Part shown: piece after piece, positions 9,945 through 21,130 of the stretch
How the letters are laid out: every line of letters starts with the position of its first letter
How positions within the stretch are numbered: position 1 is the stretch's first letter
NCBI RefSeq assembly: GCF_001194135.2
Contig: NC_068984.1
Span: 63,360,559-63,414,895, forward strand
Direction: 5' to 3'
DNA: 54,337 nt
Source of the DNA: Octopus bimaculoides
Taxonomy: Eukaryota
Program-made: the position numbers and the translations under genes
The notes under the pieces: generated by a model
Told to the model about the DNA's origin: nothing
Database searches by the model: none
What the model saw: only the letters and a program-made list of their open reading frames with translations

Positions 9945-10130
9945 ACAACCTGTGTGATCCATAGGGATCTTTGATATTAAAATTGTAACCTTCTCATCAG
10001 GGAAAGCATGGGAATCATCTTAAACGTAAGACATTATGACCGGTCTTACGTTTAAAATGATTCCTATGCTTTCCCTGATGAGAAGGTTACAATTTTAATA
10101 TCAAAGATCCCTATGGATCACACAGGTTGT
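9945..10130. repeat. Near-perfect palindrome: 88-bp arms, 10-nt loop (foldback/MITE-like)
   Basis: 9945-10032 is the reverse complement of 10043-10130 with 2 mismatches. The loop is ATTATGACCG. The left arm begins at the edge of an N gap. Confidence 0.9.
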
Positions 10131-10200
10131 AATCCTTTGAAACATATGTAGGAATAAAGTATGCAATTATAACATGCGTTTTCTCCATTCCTTAAATTCT

Positions 10201-10231
<31 letters not shown>

Positions 10232-10404
10232 TGATCTATTTTTAAAAGTCACAGAGAGACTTAAGCAACAGTGTTACGATAAAGTAGACTTAAGCTTCCT
10301 AGGGCTAAATAGCAGTAGTATGATGCCCCTATTGGGACTGTCACATTAAGCTGACAGTATACAACTACTTTATATATACATATATATATATATATATATT
10401 CATA

Positions 10405-10530
10405 TATACGACAAGCTTTCTCTTTAATAAATCCACTGACAAAGCTTTGGACGTCCCGAGGCTATAGTAGAGAACATCTGCAAAGATGCGACGCAGTGAC
10501 AGTGAACCCGGAGCCATGTGTTTCGAAAGC
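10405..10530 (-). mobile_element. SINE family A, 5' half fragment
   Basis: ATCCACTGACAAAGCTTTGG..CCCGAGGCTATAGTAGA...GAACCCGGAGCCATGTG is the reverse complement of the family A head. Confidence 0.75.
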
Positions 10531-11554
10531 ACAATCTGTTTTACTTTCTTTCTACCTTCCCTTCTCTTTCTCCCTCTGGTTCTCCCATTCTATCTCACGC
10601 TCGACACACACACACATAGGTATGCATGCGTATACCATATATATCTAAAATAATTTAATTTCAGCACAAAACATTCGTTCTTTTTCAGTACATGAGGACA
10701 GGTGAACTAACAAGTTTCTTCTCTGAACTGAGAGACACACTACAGGAGCTTTAGCGAATTTTGTTTGTAGGAAACCAGTTCGTTAATCTGTCAACTGTAA
10801 ATTGATGTCAGCTTGTATGTCTGTGTGAGCGCTCGCGCGTGCGTATCTCGATGCATATATTTACACTTAGGGAACTAACAGCAAATCTATTTATCAAATC
10901 CTTAAACAAGCGATAATATAACATTGCAATTTGTTGCAAAATACCTTAGTTGCCCAGAGCTTTTTATATTCTTCATGTTTTTCCTTATATATATGTTGAC
11001 ATATATGTATATGAGTATATTTGTGAGCATTGTTTTCCTAAACATATTATATATATAACTTGCCATATCAAATTTGCGAGCAGGTGTTTTTTAACAACTT
11101 TCTTCAACTCCTCGTTTGCCAATCGTTTTCAGTGTTTTCTTTCAGAATTCATATGCATAAATATTATATTTCGGTTTAATATTTCTCGCAGTTTGTTATA
11201 TTTACATATCTTCCATCAAATATAGCATTCTCATATTTATCTTTTCCTATTTCAAATTCTCTACTACAGTTTTATTTCAAATTTCTCCATAAATACGAGT
11301 CTTCAGCATCTTAATTGCAAAACTAGCGTTCTTTTTAGCATTTGGTTCCTGCGATATTAGCATATATAAAATATTGGTTCAGGCATTTCAAAAATACGCA
11401 AGATGCAAGTTTTACATTCTACCATAATTGCTTTATTTGCATTGAGTTCTGACAGTTTTACAGTTTCATACTTTGTGAAATATACTGGAAGACATTTCAA
11501 CACATACACATGCTCATATGCACTCGCACATGTATGTATATACAAAAATACTTC

Positions 11555-11587
<33 letters not shown>

Positions 11588-11810
11588 ATGTGTGTATTGA
11601 TACATGAGTATTCTTAATACGACAAGAATTGTGTGAAGAATGCTGGTAGACCAACCATTGAACATTTACAGAATTAGGAACATATACTATTTCCTATTGT
11701 TTTAACAGCGCTTAACTCTTAAAATAAATTGTTCAGCTCTCGATGAGATGTTGATAAGATATTTTGTAGTTCGATATATATACGTATATACATATATTTC
11801 AGTCTCTCTA

Positions 11811-11853
<43 letters not shown>

Positions 11854-13153
11854 ATGNNNNNNNNNNNNNNNNNNNNNNNNNNNNNNNNNNNNNNNNNNNN
11901 NNNNNNNNNNNNNNNNNNNNNNNNNNNNNNNNNNNNNNNNNNNNNNNNNNNNNNNNNNNNNNNNNNNNNNNNATATATACAAGCAGAAGGACACGGTTTT
12001 ACTCGGGTAAATATCTCGTAAAGGACCCGTTCATATCTTGGTGTGAAATTATTGTTTTCGACGAGCGTTTTCGACTGCATTAAACGTATCTGACTTCCAA
12101 ACCCGCCCCAAGCCACTTTTTCCCGTAAAAGAAATGGGGTAGGGGACCTCAGATTTTCCCACCAACAGAGTTTTTTTCGCGGGTTTTTGTTTTTCGTTCA
12201 AGGCTATTTCGCATACTTTCAACGAATGTGACATCGAAATTACGAAAATGAAAGAAGGCTAAAATGGTGGAGAAGAAATCATATTTGCAATTTACAAAAA
12301 TTTTGAAGTGTTTCAGTGTAGGTTATAATAGGGAAAAAAAATATTAAAAAACAGTATTCTGCTTTTGTTTAATGTTATCGCCTTTAGAATGAATGTTGTT
12401 ACTGTTTATATTTTTACTTCCCTTCGTAGAAATAGAGGATCCGGTTCAGTTAGAATTCCGTATCTTTTCAACATCGTTTATGGTACGGCGTCCCTAGCTA
12501 GAAATTGATATTTTGAGTATCGCTGCTGTTGGATGAGTACCCTATTCCTCTTTTTTTATTTTCAAAATCTTTACCTAAAGCCTTAGTAGTGGTATTTTAA
12601 ATGTTTCAATTTAAGGTTAGGTTTTCGTTATTGTACGTATGAATAAGCGCGTTTGCATTTCCCATTGTATTATTGTTATACTCATTGTACATGTTAATTT
12701 TAATGCAAATAGCGGAGTCAGCTTAATTCTGTCAGTTACTTGTTGATAATTATGAGTATTTCGTTGTAAATTTATTAAATAATCTATGGTTTCTTTTGCC
12801 TACATAGATGTTTTTCATTAGCATGTCGATAGAATTTATAGATATGTTAGTTCTTAACATAGCGTATGGAACACAATACTTTGTAACTTCTGTTTTCTAC
12901 TATATTAGCGCGATGTTTATCCATAGATATATTCTGTGGTGTGCTTAGTCTATAAATATACTGCCTAGATTTTTATCTGCTACCGTCAACGCTACTGCCA
13001 CTGGAAGATAGGTCATGAAATATGATCTCATAATGTTATGAAGCTGAAGAGGTAATTATCATAACGTTGTCGGTAAAGATCCTATTCTGTCACTTCAATG
13101 AGGTGATAGATGATAACAAGTTTGCAGCAGTGTTATTAAAAAAAAACATTAAA

Positions 13154-13191
13154 GGCGCAGGAGTGGCTGTGTGGTAAGTGGCTTGCTTACC
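13154..13191 (+). mobile_element. SINE family A head, first 38 nt only
   Basis: GGCGCAGGAGTGGCTGTGTGGTAAGTGGCTTGCTTACC closely matches 31270-31307. Homology stops abruptly before the B-box. Confidence 0.9.
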
Positions 13192-14855
13192 GAGTTTGCG
13201 TTGGCAGTCTACTTCCAGTCACCATTGAAGATAGACGTGTAGCTCACGGCTCCGTCTAAGTAACAGAGGACACCGACAGGGTAAACGTATTTGATTTTTT
13301 GTGAGCTGGGTAGAAATATTGTGTTTTTATTTTTACAGTACATTCTGCCCAGCTCTGGGGCATTTCTCTTGTGCTTGGTGGTGTCGAAAATTTGAATATT
13401 TGAGAATATTTGATTGAATTGTTGCCTGTTCCAGGCATAGTGTATGTGGTTGCCTGCTGGTGGGCGTTTCTATGAAATAACTGAGTTCAGCAAGCAGAAA
13501 CCATTTAAAGATGTTGTTTTCTCACTTCGGTCGCTGGATTACGGACCAAGACTATTGTGTGTTTATTTGACTGCAACGGAGTACCAGTTCAAGCCAGGGC
13601 TGGAGAGCGGTGTAGCTCATTTTGTTCCTGTCGAGGATTCTGTGTTTTTCCTTTTTTAAAAAAAAATCTCTTTGTTTACTTTTTCCTTGTTTTTCTCTTT
13701 CTTTTTTTTTCTGTTTCTGTTTCGTTTATTGATCTATTTCATTTTTTCTGAACTGTCATCATTTTGAGACTTTTCTGCGAACAATTATTTCCTGTTTGAA
13801 TATTTAGTTATGGCAGGAAAAAAGTTAAAAGACTACTGCTATGGATTGGGAGATTGTCCCACCCAAGCAGTGACTTGAAGACCTGGAGAAGAGAACGGTG
13901 GTATTACAGACCTATTCTAGGTCACGTGACCCCCATCGCCCTCTTCGATAGGGATATTGTCGATAAAGAACTGGCAAAATGTTTGCCAGCTAAAAAGTAT
14001 TTTGTGTCCAGGGGTGCCAAATATGCAACGGTGTGGTTGCTTTTTGACACCCCTGACGAAGCTTGCATTGCTGCAAGTCAATCTCTAAAAGGGGAATTAA
14101 TATTGTTCCTTCCCACATATTGTGGGAGGAAGGTGATAAGTGTCTGGGTATGTGGTCTACTGTCGGGCACCGAAGCGGAGTGGATTGGAGATACCATCCG
14201 GCAGGGCCTGGGGATAGCGGACCCAAGCTCTTAAATGTAAAAATGACACCGGCGACCGATTGGCAAGGGTCAAAAGCGATTTTGACCCCGTGGAGCCCAT
14301 TGGCCGCGGCCGAAATAGTCTTTCCAGACTTTTTTAAAATGGCTGGCTGCAGGTATCCGGTGATACTTGACGGACGCCCCCCTCCCCAAAGTGTCACTCT
14401 TGCCTTGTGCCAGGCCATATTAAAAAGAACTGCTCCCAGGACCATGGTAAGGTCCTCGAACAGTCACTGGAAGCCACCTCCACTACCCGGTCAAAGGGAG
14501 AGGTGGATGTGGTTGAGGAGGCTTCAGCATCCTCAACCCAAACAGTATTAAAAAGGAAGAAAGTGGGCAACAATGGTTGCCCGCCGAAGGACCCTAAGAC
14601 TTCGGGAGGTGGGGGAGAGACTCCGGACAAAGTGGAAGAGCTCCACTCTCCCGAAGACAGGAAGAAAACAAAGAAAGAAAGAAGAACGGGTCATTGCAGG
14701 TGGACGATGATGTGCCGTCTGCATGTCCCGATGTTGTGCCACCTCATCCCTGAAGATGAACAATTACTTATCTTTTTCTATAAGGGCGTGGAGGTGGAAA
14801 CATAGTAGAGGAACATAAAGAAACAGTAGATATAGCCTGCACACGGGATCCCGAA
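13192..14855 (+). mobile_element. 5' portion (5' UTR plus ORF1) of a non-LTR retrotransposon, probably L1/Tx1-like; ORF2 absent
   Basis: A GC-richer 1.66-kb segment with a T-rich tract at 13650-13750 before ATG 13810, followed by a frameshifted gag-like ORF1. The clade call is inferred from ORF1 architecture. Confidence 0.6.
13810..14805 (+). pseudogene. Frameshifted LINE ORF1 (gag-like; putative RRM region plus CX2CX4HX4C zinc knuckle)
   Basis: Three frames join into MAGKK/VKRLLLWIG...KELAKCLPAKKYFVSRGAKYATVWLLFDTPDEA.../PDFFKMAGCRYPVILDGRPP/KCHSCLVPGHIKKNC (14392-14433), followed by a low-complexity Lys/Glu/Ser-rich tail. Confidence 0.8.
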
Positions 14856-14960
14856 TAGGCTTACAAAGAATAAGTCCTGGAATCGATTTGCTTGACTAAA
14901 AGGCGGTGCTCCAGCATGGCCGCAGTCAAATGACTGAAACAAGGAAAAGAATAAAAGAAT
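14856..14960 (+). mobile_element. SINE family A, last ~105 nt
   Basis: TAGGCTTACAAAGAATAAGTCCTGG...AAAGGCGGTGCTCCAGCATGGCCGCAGTCAAATGACTGAAACAAG matches 31578-31670. Confidence 0.9.
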
Positions 14961-15301
14961 CTCCGGAATATAATTTTATACTTTTATCACTGAAGAGTAT
15001 TCAATTCGTCATTCCATTTATAGCAGACGTCTGGAATAATGACACATGCTAATTTGGAAACTCTACAACCGATTACAATTATTGATCTATGAAAGGGGAA
15101 TGTTTCTTTTTATTTTTAAAGTTCTACATTATATGTTACGTCAATCATGAAAGAACATAGGCTTTCCAGTTTCAGATTTGAGTAGAATGCAAGCCGACAA
15201 CGGCAAATTTATATATTCACAATATATACAAACTACAACAAACAACAAGCACAATGAAGTATAAAGCATAATGCTACTGGTGAATACGCCATCTAAAGTA
15301 T

Positions 15302-15391
15302 AACATGCACACATGTATTTATAGGTATATGAACATGCAAACATGTATGTATAAGCATATGAACATGCACACATGTATATATAAGCATATG
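15302..15391. repeat. 30-bp minisatellite, 3 copies
   Basis: AACATGCACACATGTATATATAAGCATATG units start at 15302, 15332 and 15362. Confidence 0.9.
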
Positions 15392-15680
15392 GACACAACA
15401 TATTATGGCAGAATGAAAGGAAGTGAAGGCAGGGTATTACTAAGCTTCCAAACGTGTGATGGAGGATTGCAGTTAAAATTATCGATTAATTAATGAAACA
15501 TTGGTTCAAACAGTTGATTACTTACTGAATTAATTAGCTAATTAGTCGCATGATAATGCCACAATCAAATGGCATCTTACAAGTGGGAGGGTCGTATTGG
15601 AAACATGTGTCTCCTAAAGTGAAATTATCGGTTTCTATACGATGTCATGCATAGTAAATTGCAAATCAGACGGATATATA

Positions 15681-15875
15681 TTCTTTTATTTATTTCAGTC
15701 CTTTCACTGCGGTCATGCTGGAACACCACCTTGAAGACTTTTAGCTGAACAAATCGACCCGATGTGTTCTTTATCGAATTCCTTTGCCGAACCGCCAAGT
15801 TACGGGTACGTATACTTACCATCACCAGTTATCAAACGGTAATATGTGGGACAAATACAAACACACAGACACACA
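15681..15875 (-). mobile_element. SINE family A, 3' half, diverged
   Basis: TTTCAGTC..ACTGCGGTCATGCTGGAACACCACC...TTTGCCGAACCGCCAAGTTACGGG is the reverse complement of the family A tail. Confidence 0.8.
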
Positions 15876-18800
15876 AAATTTTTATCTGGAATTTTAGTAA
15901 AACCAGTCAGTTACCTCATATCAACTAGGCCATAGTTTAAGCTTAATGACATTCCTAAGTGTGATGTATGTTCATATCTATGATATGATTATTCATTCTA
16001 CCGAGGTCCTATTTGAAGGGGACAATTAGTTTAATTGTGTGGTTTGTTTAAAGTTAGGTTTATGGTCCTTCAGATTAATTCTAGTGGTTTTAGGCTCGTA
16101 AGGTTCAGTTTTATCCGCTAAATACCTTTAGCTTGCAGGTTAAATTGTGTAAGGTTGTTAGGATTCGTGACATTATAACTTTTGGTTATTTTTTTTTTCA
16201 GTAGTATATAGTATTGGTATTGGGTTCAATGGATTCTTTTTTCTTAAGCTCCTTAGTTAGGGAATGTAGTTTTTCAAGATGTTGATTTTGGCAATATTTG
16301 TTAGGAACTATTTTACAAAGAGGAAACCATTCCTATAATCGATGGTATCCACCTAAATTCTTTGATAAGAAACATGTGATGCTGGTGATCTTTTTCCCTC
16401 ATATAATTTACTCAATTATATTCAATGGAATCCAAGTTACGATCTTCTAGGCACTTTTAGGTCTGAGTTTGGAACATGAAGCAAAATGTTTTCTTTCTTC
16501 ACATATTAATATATCTACAATTTCATGGCAATTTTTCTCTATAGTCAACTGACTGATCGACTGTGTAGAAACCATTTCGTTTGTCGAGAATGCGATCTGA
16601 TAGAAGTGTAAAATATCAATTCATTCCATTCTTTCATAGATGAAATAACCATGGGCCACTTAACTATATAAACTGAAACATTAAAGCAGTGATGTAAATG
16701 AAAATACTATGTATTAACATTTCTTAGCCCTTCACTGAAATTGTTTCAAGGTAGAATTTTTTTCTTTATTGATTGTTGAAACATAATTATCTTGGATCAT
16801 TGAAAATTACTCTTAACTTCGACACGAATTATACTTCTGCTTATAAAAGAAAATATTGATTTAATGCTATATTATGCTGATTAAATTCAGCCAATAAAAT
16901 ATAAAATGTATCTGTGTGATAAACATTTCAGTCTATTAACTAGAAGTGGCCTCTTAGCTTCTTGTGCTGTTGTAAGTAATTTAGCTTCCAAGAATACTTA
17001 AATTATTCCATATTTGTATTTTTGTTTTCACTGGGATAACATCGATAGTACTTGTCTAACAATCCTTTGGTAAGATATTTTCAATTTGAAAATAAATCAG
17101 TGGACCTATATCTTTCGAAAATCAATATGAGGGGGAGGTTAATGTGCAGCAATTCTTAAAGAAAAGTATTCGATATCAGTAGCTAGTATTATCTATATAT
17201 AGAAACATAGATGTTTAAATATGCACATATCTATAGTAGCTTGTAATTGAATAATTTAAAAAAAGGAGGCGAAAATGTAATATTATATCTGCCAAAATTT
17301 AGTTTGAATGCTTATCCGTATTATATCGTTTCAGATAAAATGTATTCGAAATAGGTTCGATAAGGAAATATGATAACAAATTTACTTTCAAAGTGAAAGG
17401 AAGGTTTGGGCACCTTACAGTTACAAACGAACACACACACACACACACACACACACACGTAAATACATACATATACACAAACACAAAACACACACATACG
17501 CACGCGCAAAGAACACACACGCCACACACACACGTAGACACACATACAGAAGCGCAAACACACACCACACACACCACACGCACACACATGCACACGAATA
17601 TATACATGTATCTGTTTGTATATATATGTACATATTTACATACACGTATGCGTGCGCACGTGTGAGTGTATTTCGAAGTGTATATGTATCAATTTATATT
17701 TGTATGTGTTTGTATTGGTGAGAAGTGCGTTTCATGTAAGCCACCTTCGGAGGCCCATTAAAAGGAAATGCCGTAGGGGTACAGCAGTTCCTACTTAACG
17801 ATAAGATGTATTCGCTTCATACTTGCAAGTGTATGTAGATGTCAATATCTATATAAGCAATGTACGTAAGATTATTTTTTTTAAATAAAAGATGGAAAAT
17901 GTATTAAATTTAAGAAGTGTTCTTCTTTTTTACAGAATTTCGAAGCAAATATACTTTTCCTGAATTACTAATCATTCGGATATATAATGTCTACCGTATA
18001 TTCTGTTTACACAAGCACATACACGTTTAAACATATGCGCAAAACACCTGCACAAAACACACACATACATACACATATTCACATATTTGTGTATGTCCTT
18101 ATGGATACATATGTTTATGTTTTACGTGTGTATATACTTGTATATATTTATATATATACATATGTATATGTATATATACATATACATACATATATACATA
18201 TGTACATATATATATATATATATATATATGAATATAAATATATATATAAACATTAGTATCTATATATATATGCATACACACACACATATATATNNNNNNN
18301 NNNNNNNNNNNNNNNNNNNNNNNNNNNNNNNNNNNNNNNNNNNNNNNNNNNNNNNNNNNNNNNNNNNNNNNNNNNNNNNNNNNNNNNNNNNNNNNNNNNN
18401 NNNNNNNNNNNNNNNNNNNNNNNNNNNNNNNNNNNNNNNNNNNNNNNNNNNNNNNNNNNNNNNNNNNNNNNNNNNNNNNNNNNNNNNNNNNNNNNNNNNN
18501 NNNNNNNNNACACACACACATATATATATATATACATATACATATATATAAGTATGTATTTATGTATGCATATTGATATGCTTGTATATATGCATGTGTA
18601 TGTCTGTATGTATATGGTTTGTGAGAAAGAATAAGAGGGAGACAGAGAATTTGTATAATATATTTATACTGCATCAAAGTTTCTGTATGAACACACAAAA
18701 TGTTTTAAAAATGGGGAAATTTCACGAGTTTGAAAGTGACAAGAGCAGCAGCTGTATATATGCAATGGTTAGCGTGTAACAATCAAAGCAGTTATCGGTG

Positions 18801-19342
18801 AAGAGAAATAGGTAGTTGTGAAAAGAATTTATCTCTATATTTCTTGTTTGAATGCTTATTTTAATTTCTATTTTGCAATTGTTACCTAGATGTTCGTTGC
18901 CCATTTGTGTAAGTGTGCATGTGTTTTGAATGAAAAGAAATTTAAATTATTTCATTATTCATATATTGATTATACTTAGATATAATTATCTGACGTTATC
19001 TCAATATTAGTAACTTCATTCTTTTTCTCACATTTTTCAACACCATTTCAAATATAATATTGAGATTATGCAATTATTCAACAGTAAATGTACCTGTCCT
19101 ACTTCTTTATTTTTGTGTTAGAGATTTGTGTTTCTGTAAATTTTTGTTGTTACATGGCTTTTTGAAATAAACTTTATCATTGTCAATCTAATCAGATTCT
19201 GTTTCATTATTGACATAAGATAATTCAGAAAGCATCTTTAACAAATCTTATTGAATCTGGGATATTTTAGTCAGTGAAAATATACGCGTACACACATTGT
19301 GTCAGTCTCTCAAATCAATTTTTAGAACGTCTGTTAATAACC

Positions 19343-19552
19343 GTTTCTAATTTTGACTGAACGCCTAAATTTAGGGAGTAGGAATAAGTCTATGAAATCG
19401 ACCCAGAGCTCAAATGGTGATTCTTTTATCTACTCCAAAATTATGAAATACAATGTCGGCTTCGGTGGAATCTGAACTCACAACGTAAAGACAGACTAAA
19501 TAACGCGAAGCGTTTTGTCCGGAGTGCTAAGTATTCTGCTAGCTTGCAGCCT
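19343..19552 (-). mobile_element. SINE family B, diverged
   Basis: AATCGACCCAG...GGAATCTGAACTCACAACGTAAAGAC...TTCTGCTAGCTTGC aligns to the reverse complement of family B. Confidence 0.7.
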
Positions 19553-19928
19553 TATCTCTGTTAATAATGTTATTGTATTATACCTACTTGCATTTTCATA
19601 TTTGCTCCTCTTTCAGTAAAGAAACAATGGCAATTGTTACTTTGCTCTGATTGCAGTGATAATTCCCCATTATAAAACGTTTTATCTGTCTTGTTTCTTT
19701 GCTTGATTCGTATAGGTTTCGCCCAAGTCGTTCACAATTTATCAATCCTAACAAATTCAGACACGTACATTAGTTATTTTAATTTATACCTTGACTTTAG
19801 CAGTAAATTATATATGCATACAAGAGGAAACCAATCAATTAGACGAAAATTCAAGAGGATATTTACACAGCCACACATTCCTTGTTTCGTGTACGCGTAG
19901 ACACATCATTTTTTTCTTTCTACTATAT

Positions 19929-20127
19929 GTACAAAATCTGAAATTTTGGTGAAGGGAGCTAGTCGATTACATCGACCCCGTACTCAACTGGTACTTATTT
20001 TATCGACTTCGAAAGGAGGAAAAGTAAAGTTGAACTTGGCGGTATTTGGATTCTGAAGGTTAAGCCGGTAGAAATACCGTTAAGCATTTTCTCCGGCGTT
20101 CTAACGATTCTGCTAACTCGCTGCCTT
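19929..20127 (-). mobile_element. SINE family B
   Basis: GTCGATTACATCGACCCC..ACTGGTACTTATTTTATCGAC...CTAACGATTCTGCTAACTCGCTGCC. Confidence 0.8.
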
Positions 20128-20547
20128 ATTGATAATATTAAATGTTGCATAATATATTCTGAACAGAGCATTGTCTTTATATTTTCATTTGCTGCAGTTC
20201 GAGTTAAAAGAGTTAAATATTTCTAAACGATCAGAACTTGTCGCACAGCTGATGTAGTCTGGTTTTTATTTTGTCTTTACGAACGTCACTGAACCCATTT
20301 CCTTTTTTCTCCTTGCATTCTTGCTTCTGACTATCTCCTCTTGCTGGGATATTTCATTTCAATAATTAATAATTGTTTTTGGAATTTAGATTTTCAAAAT
20401 CAAATATAATATCTAGCAATAAGCGCTTCGGTTTATATTTGAAACTGAAACAAAATGACAGGCTACATACATTGTACTTATATTTCGTTCACACATTACA
20501 TTACATTTTCAAGCATTCCTGGTTTGCTACCGCAACAGCTATTGTTT

Positions 20548-20618
20548 CTACTACTACTACTACTACTACTACTACCACTACTGCTGCTACCATCACCACC
20601 ACCAACACCACCACCACC

Positions 20619-20658
<40 letters not shown>

Positions 20659-20691
20659 TTACTGCTGCCACCACCACCAACACCACAACCG

Positions 20692-20735
<44 letters not shown>
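20548..20735. repeat. Compound (CTA)n/(CCA)n trinucleotide microsatellite
   Basis: Source of the poly-Thr, poly-Leu/Pro, poly-Ser/Gly and poly-Val ORFs. Confidence 0.95.
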
Positions 20736-20736
<1 letters not shown>

Positions 20737-20839
20737 TTGAATATACAGCAGCAATAGCGCTTGTAATTTCGGGTCGGTGTTGTTCTTGTCTCCAAGTCCA
20801 ACACTGACTAATGAATCTTATCAACAAAAGTGCTTAGTA

Positions 20840-21130
20840 AACAGTAAATCTGTCATTTGTAAGACAGATCTCGTTCTTGATCCATCAGAAGTTGAAGAAG
20901 CAGAACAACATACAAATTATGAGTTGAAGTATGAAATCATTAGGATATGGAAAATTAAAAAGCAATAAAGAAAATATCATACCAGTAATCTCAAGAGCAT
21001 TACGAATAGTGAAGCACTACATTACAAAATGCAGAGAGGAGATCGAAGTAGATTGTGAGAGAAGCTCTAGGAAAGAGTTTGCTTTCTGGAAACAGCTAAA
21101 CTATTATGAAGAGCCATGTGCTATCGGAGC
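20840..21130 (+). mobile_element. Possible decayed R4/Dong-type LINE C-terminal restriction-like endonuclease remnant
   Basis: Across frames it reads YELKYEIIRIWKIKK / NIIPVISRALRIV / VCFLETAKLL*RAM, echoing the KYxxLxxEIxRxW..VIPVVIGALG..LLGTAKILRRVL end of RLE-clade ORFs. Heavily degraded. Confidence 0.45.

Noticed and set aside
9369-9974. Long ORFs here and at 18087-18698, 40097-41007, 41795-42253 and 52142-53338
   Set aside because: Their length comes from N runs translated as X.
12040-12075. WCEIIVFDERFRL resembling the first catalytic Asp motif of Tc1 transposases
   Set aside because: Only about 12 residues with no flanking transposase motifs or TIR. The surrounding block may be a repeat but cannot be classified.
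15302-15391. CRISPR-like repeat arrays (also 21282-21359 and 41153-41230)
   Set aside because: The units are contiguous with no unique spacers, in eukaryotic context with no cas genes. They are minisatellites or local duplications.
20373-20827. Mucin-like poly-Thr, poly-Val and poly-Ser ORFs
   Set aside because: These are pure (CTA)/(CCA) microsatellite with no coding-like flanks or splice support.
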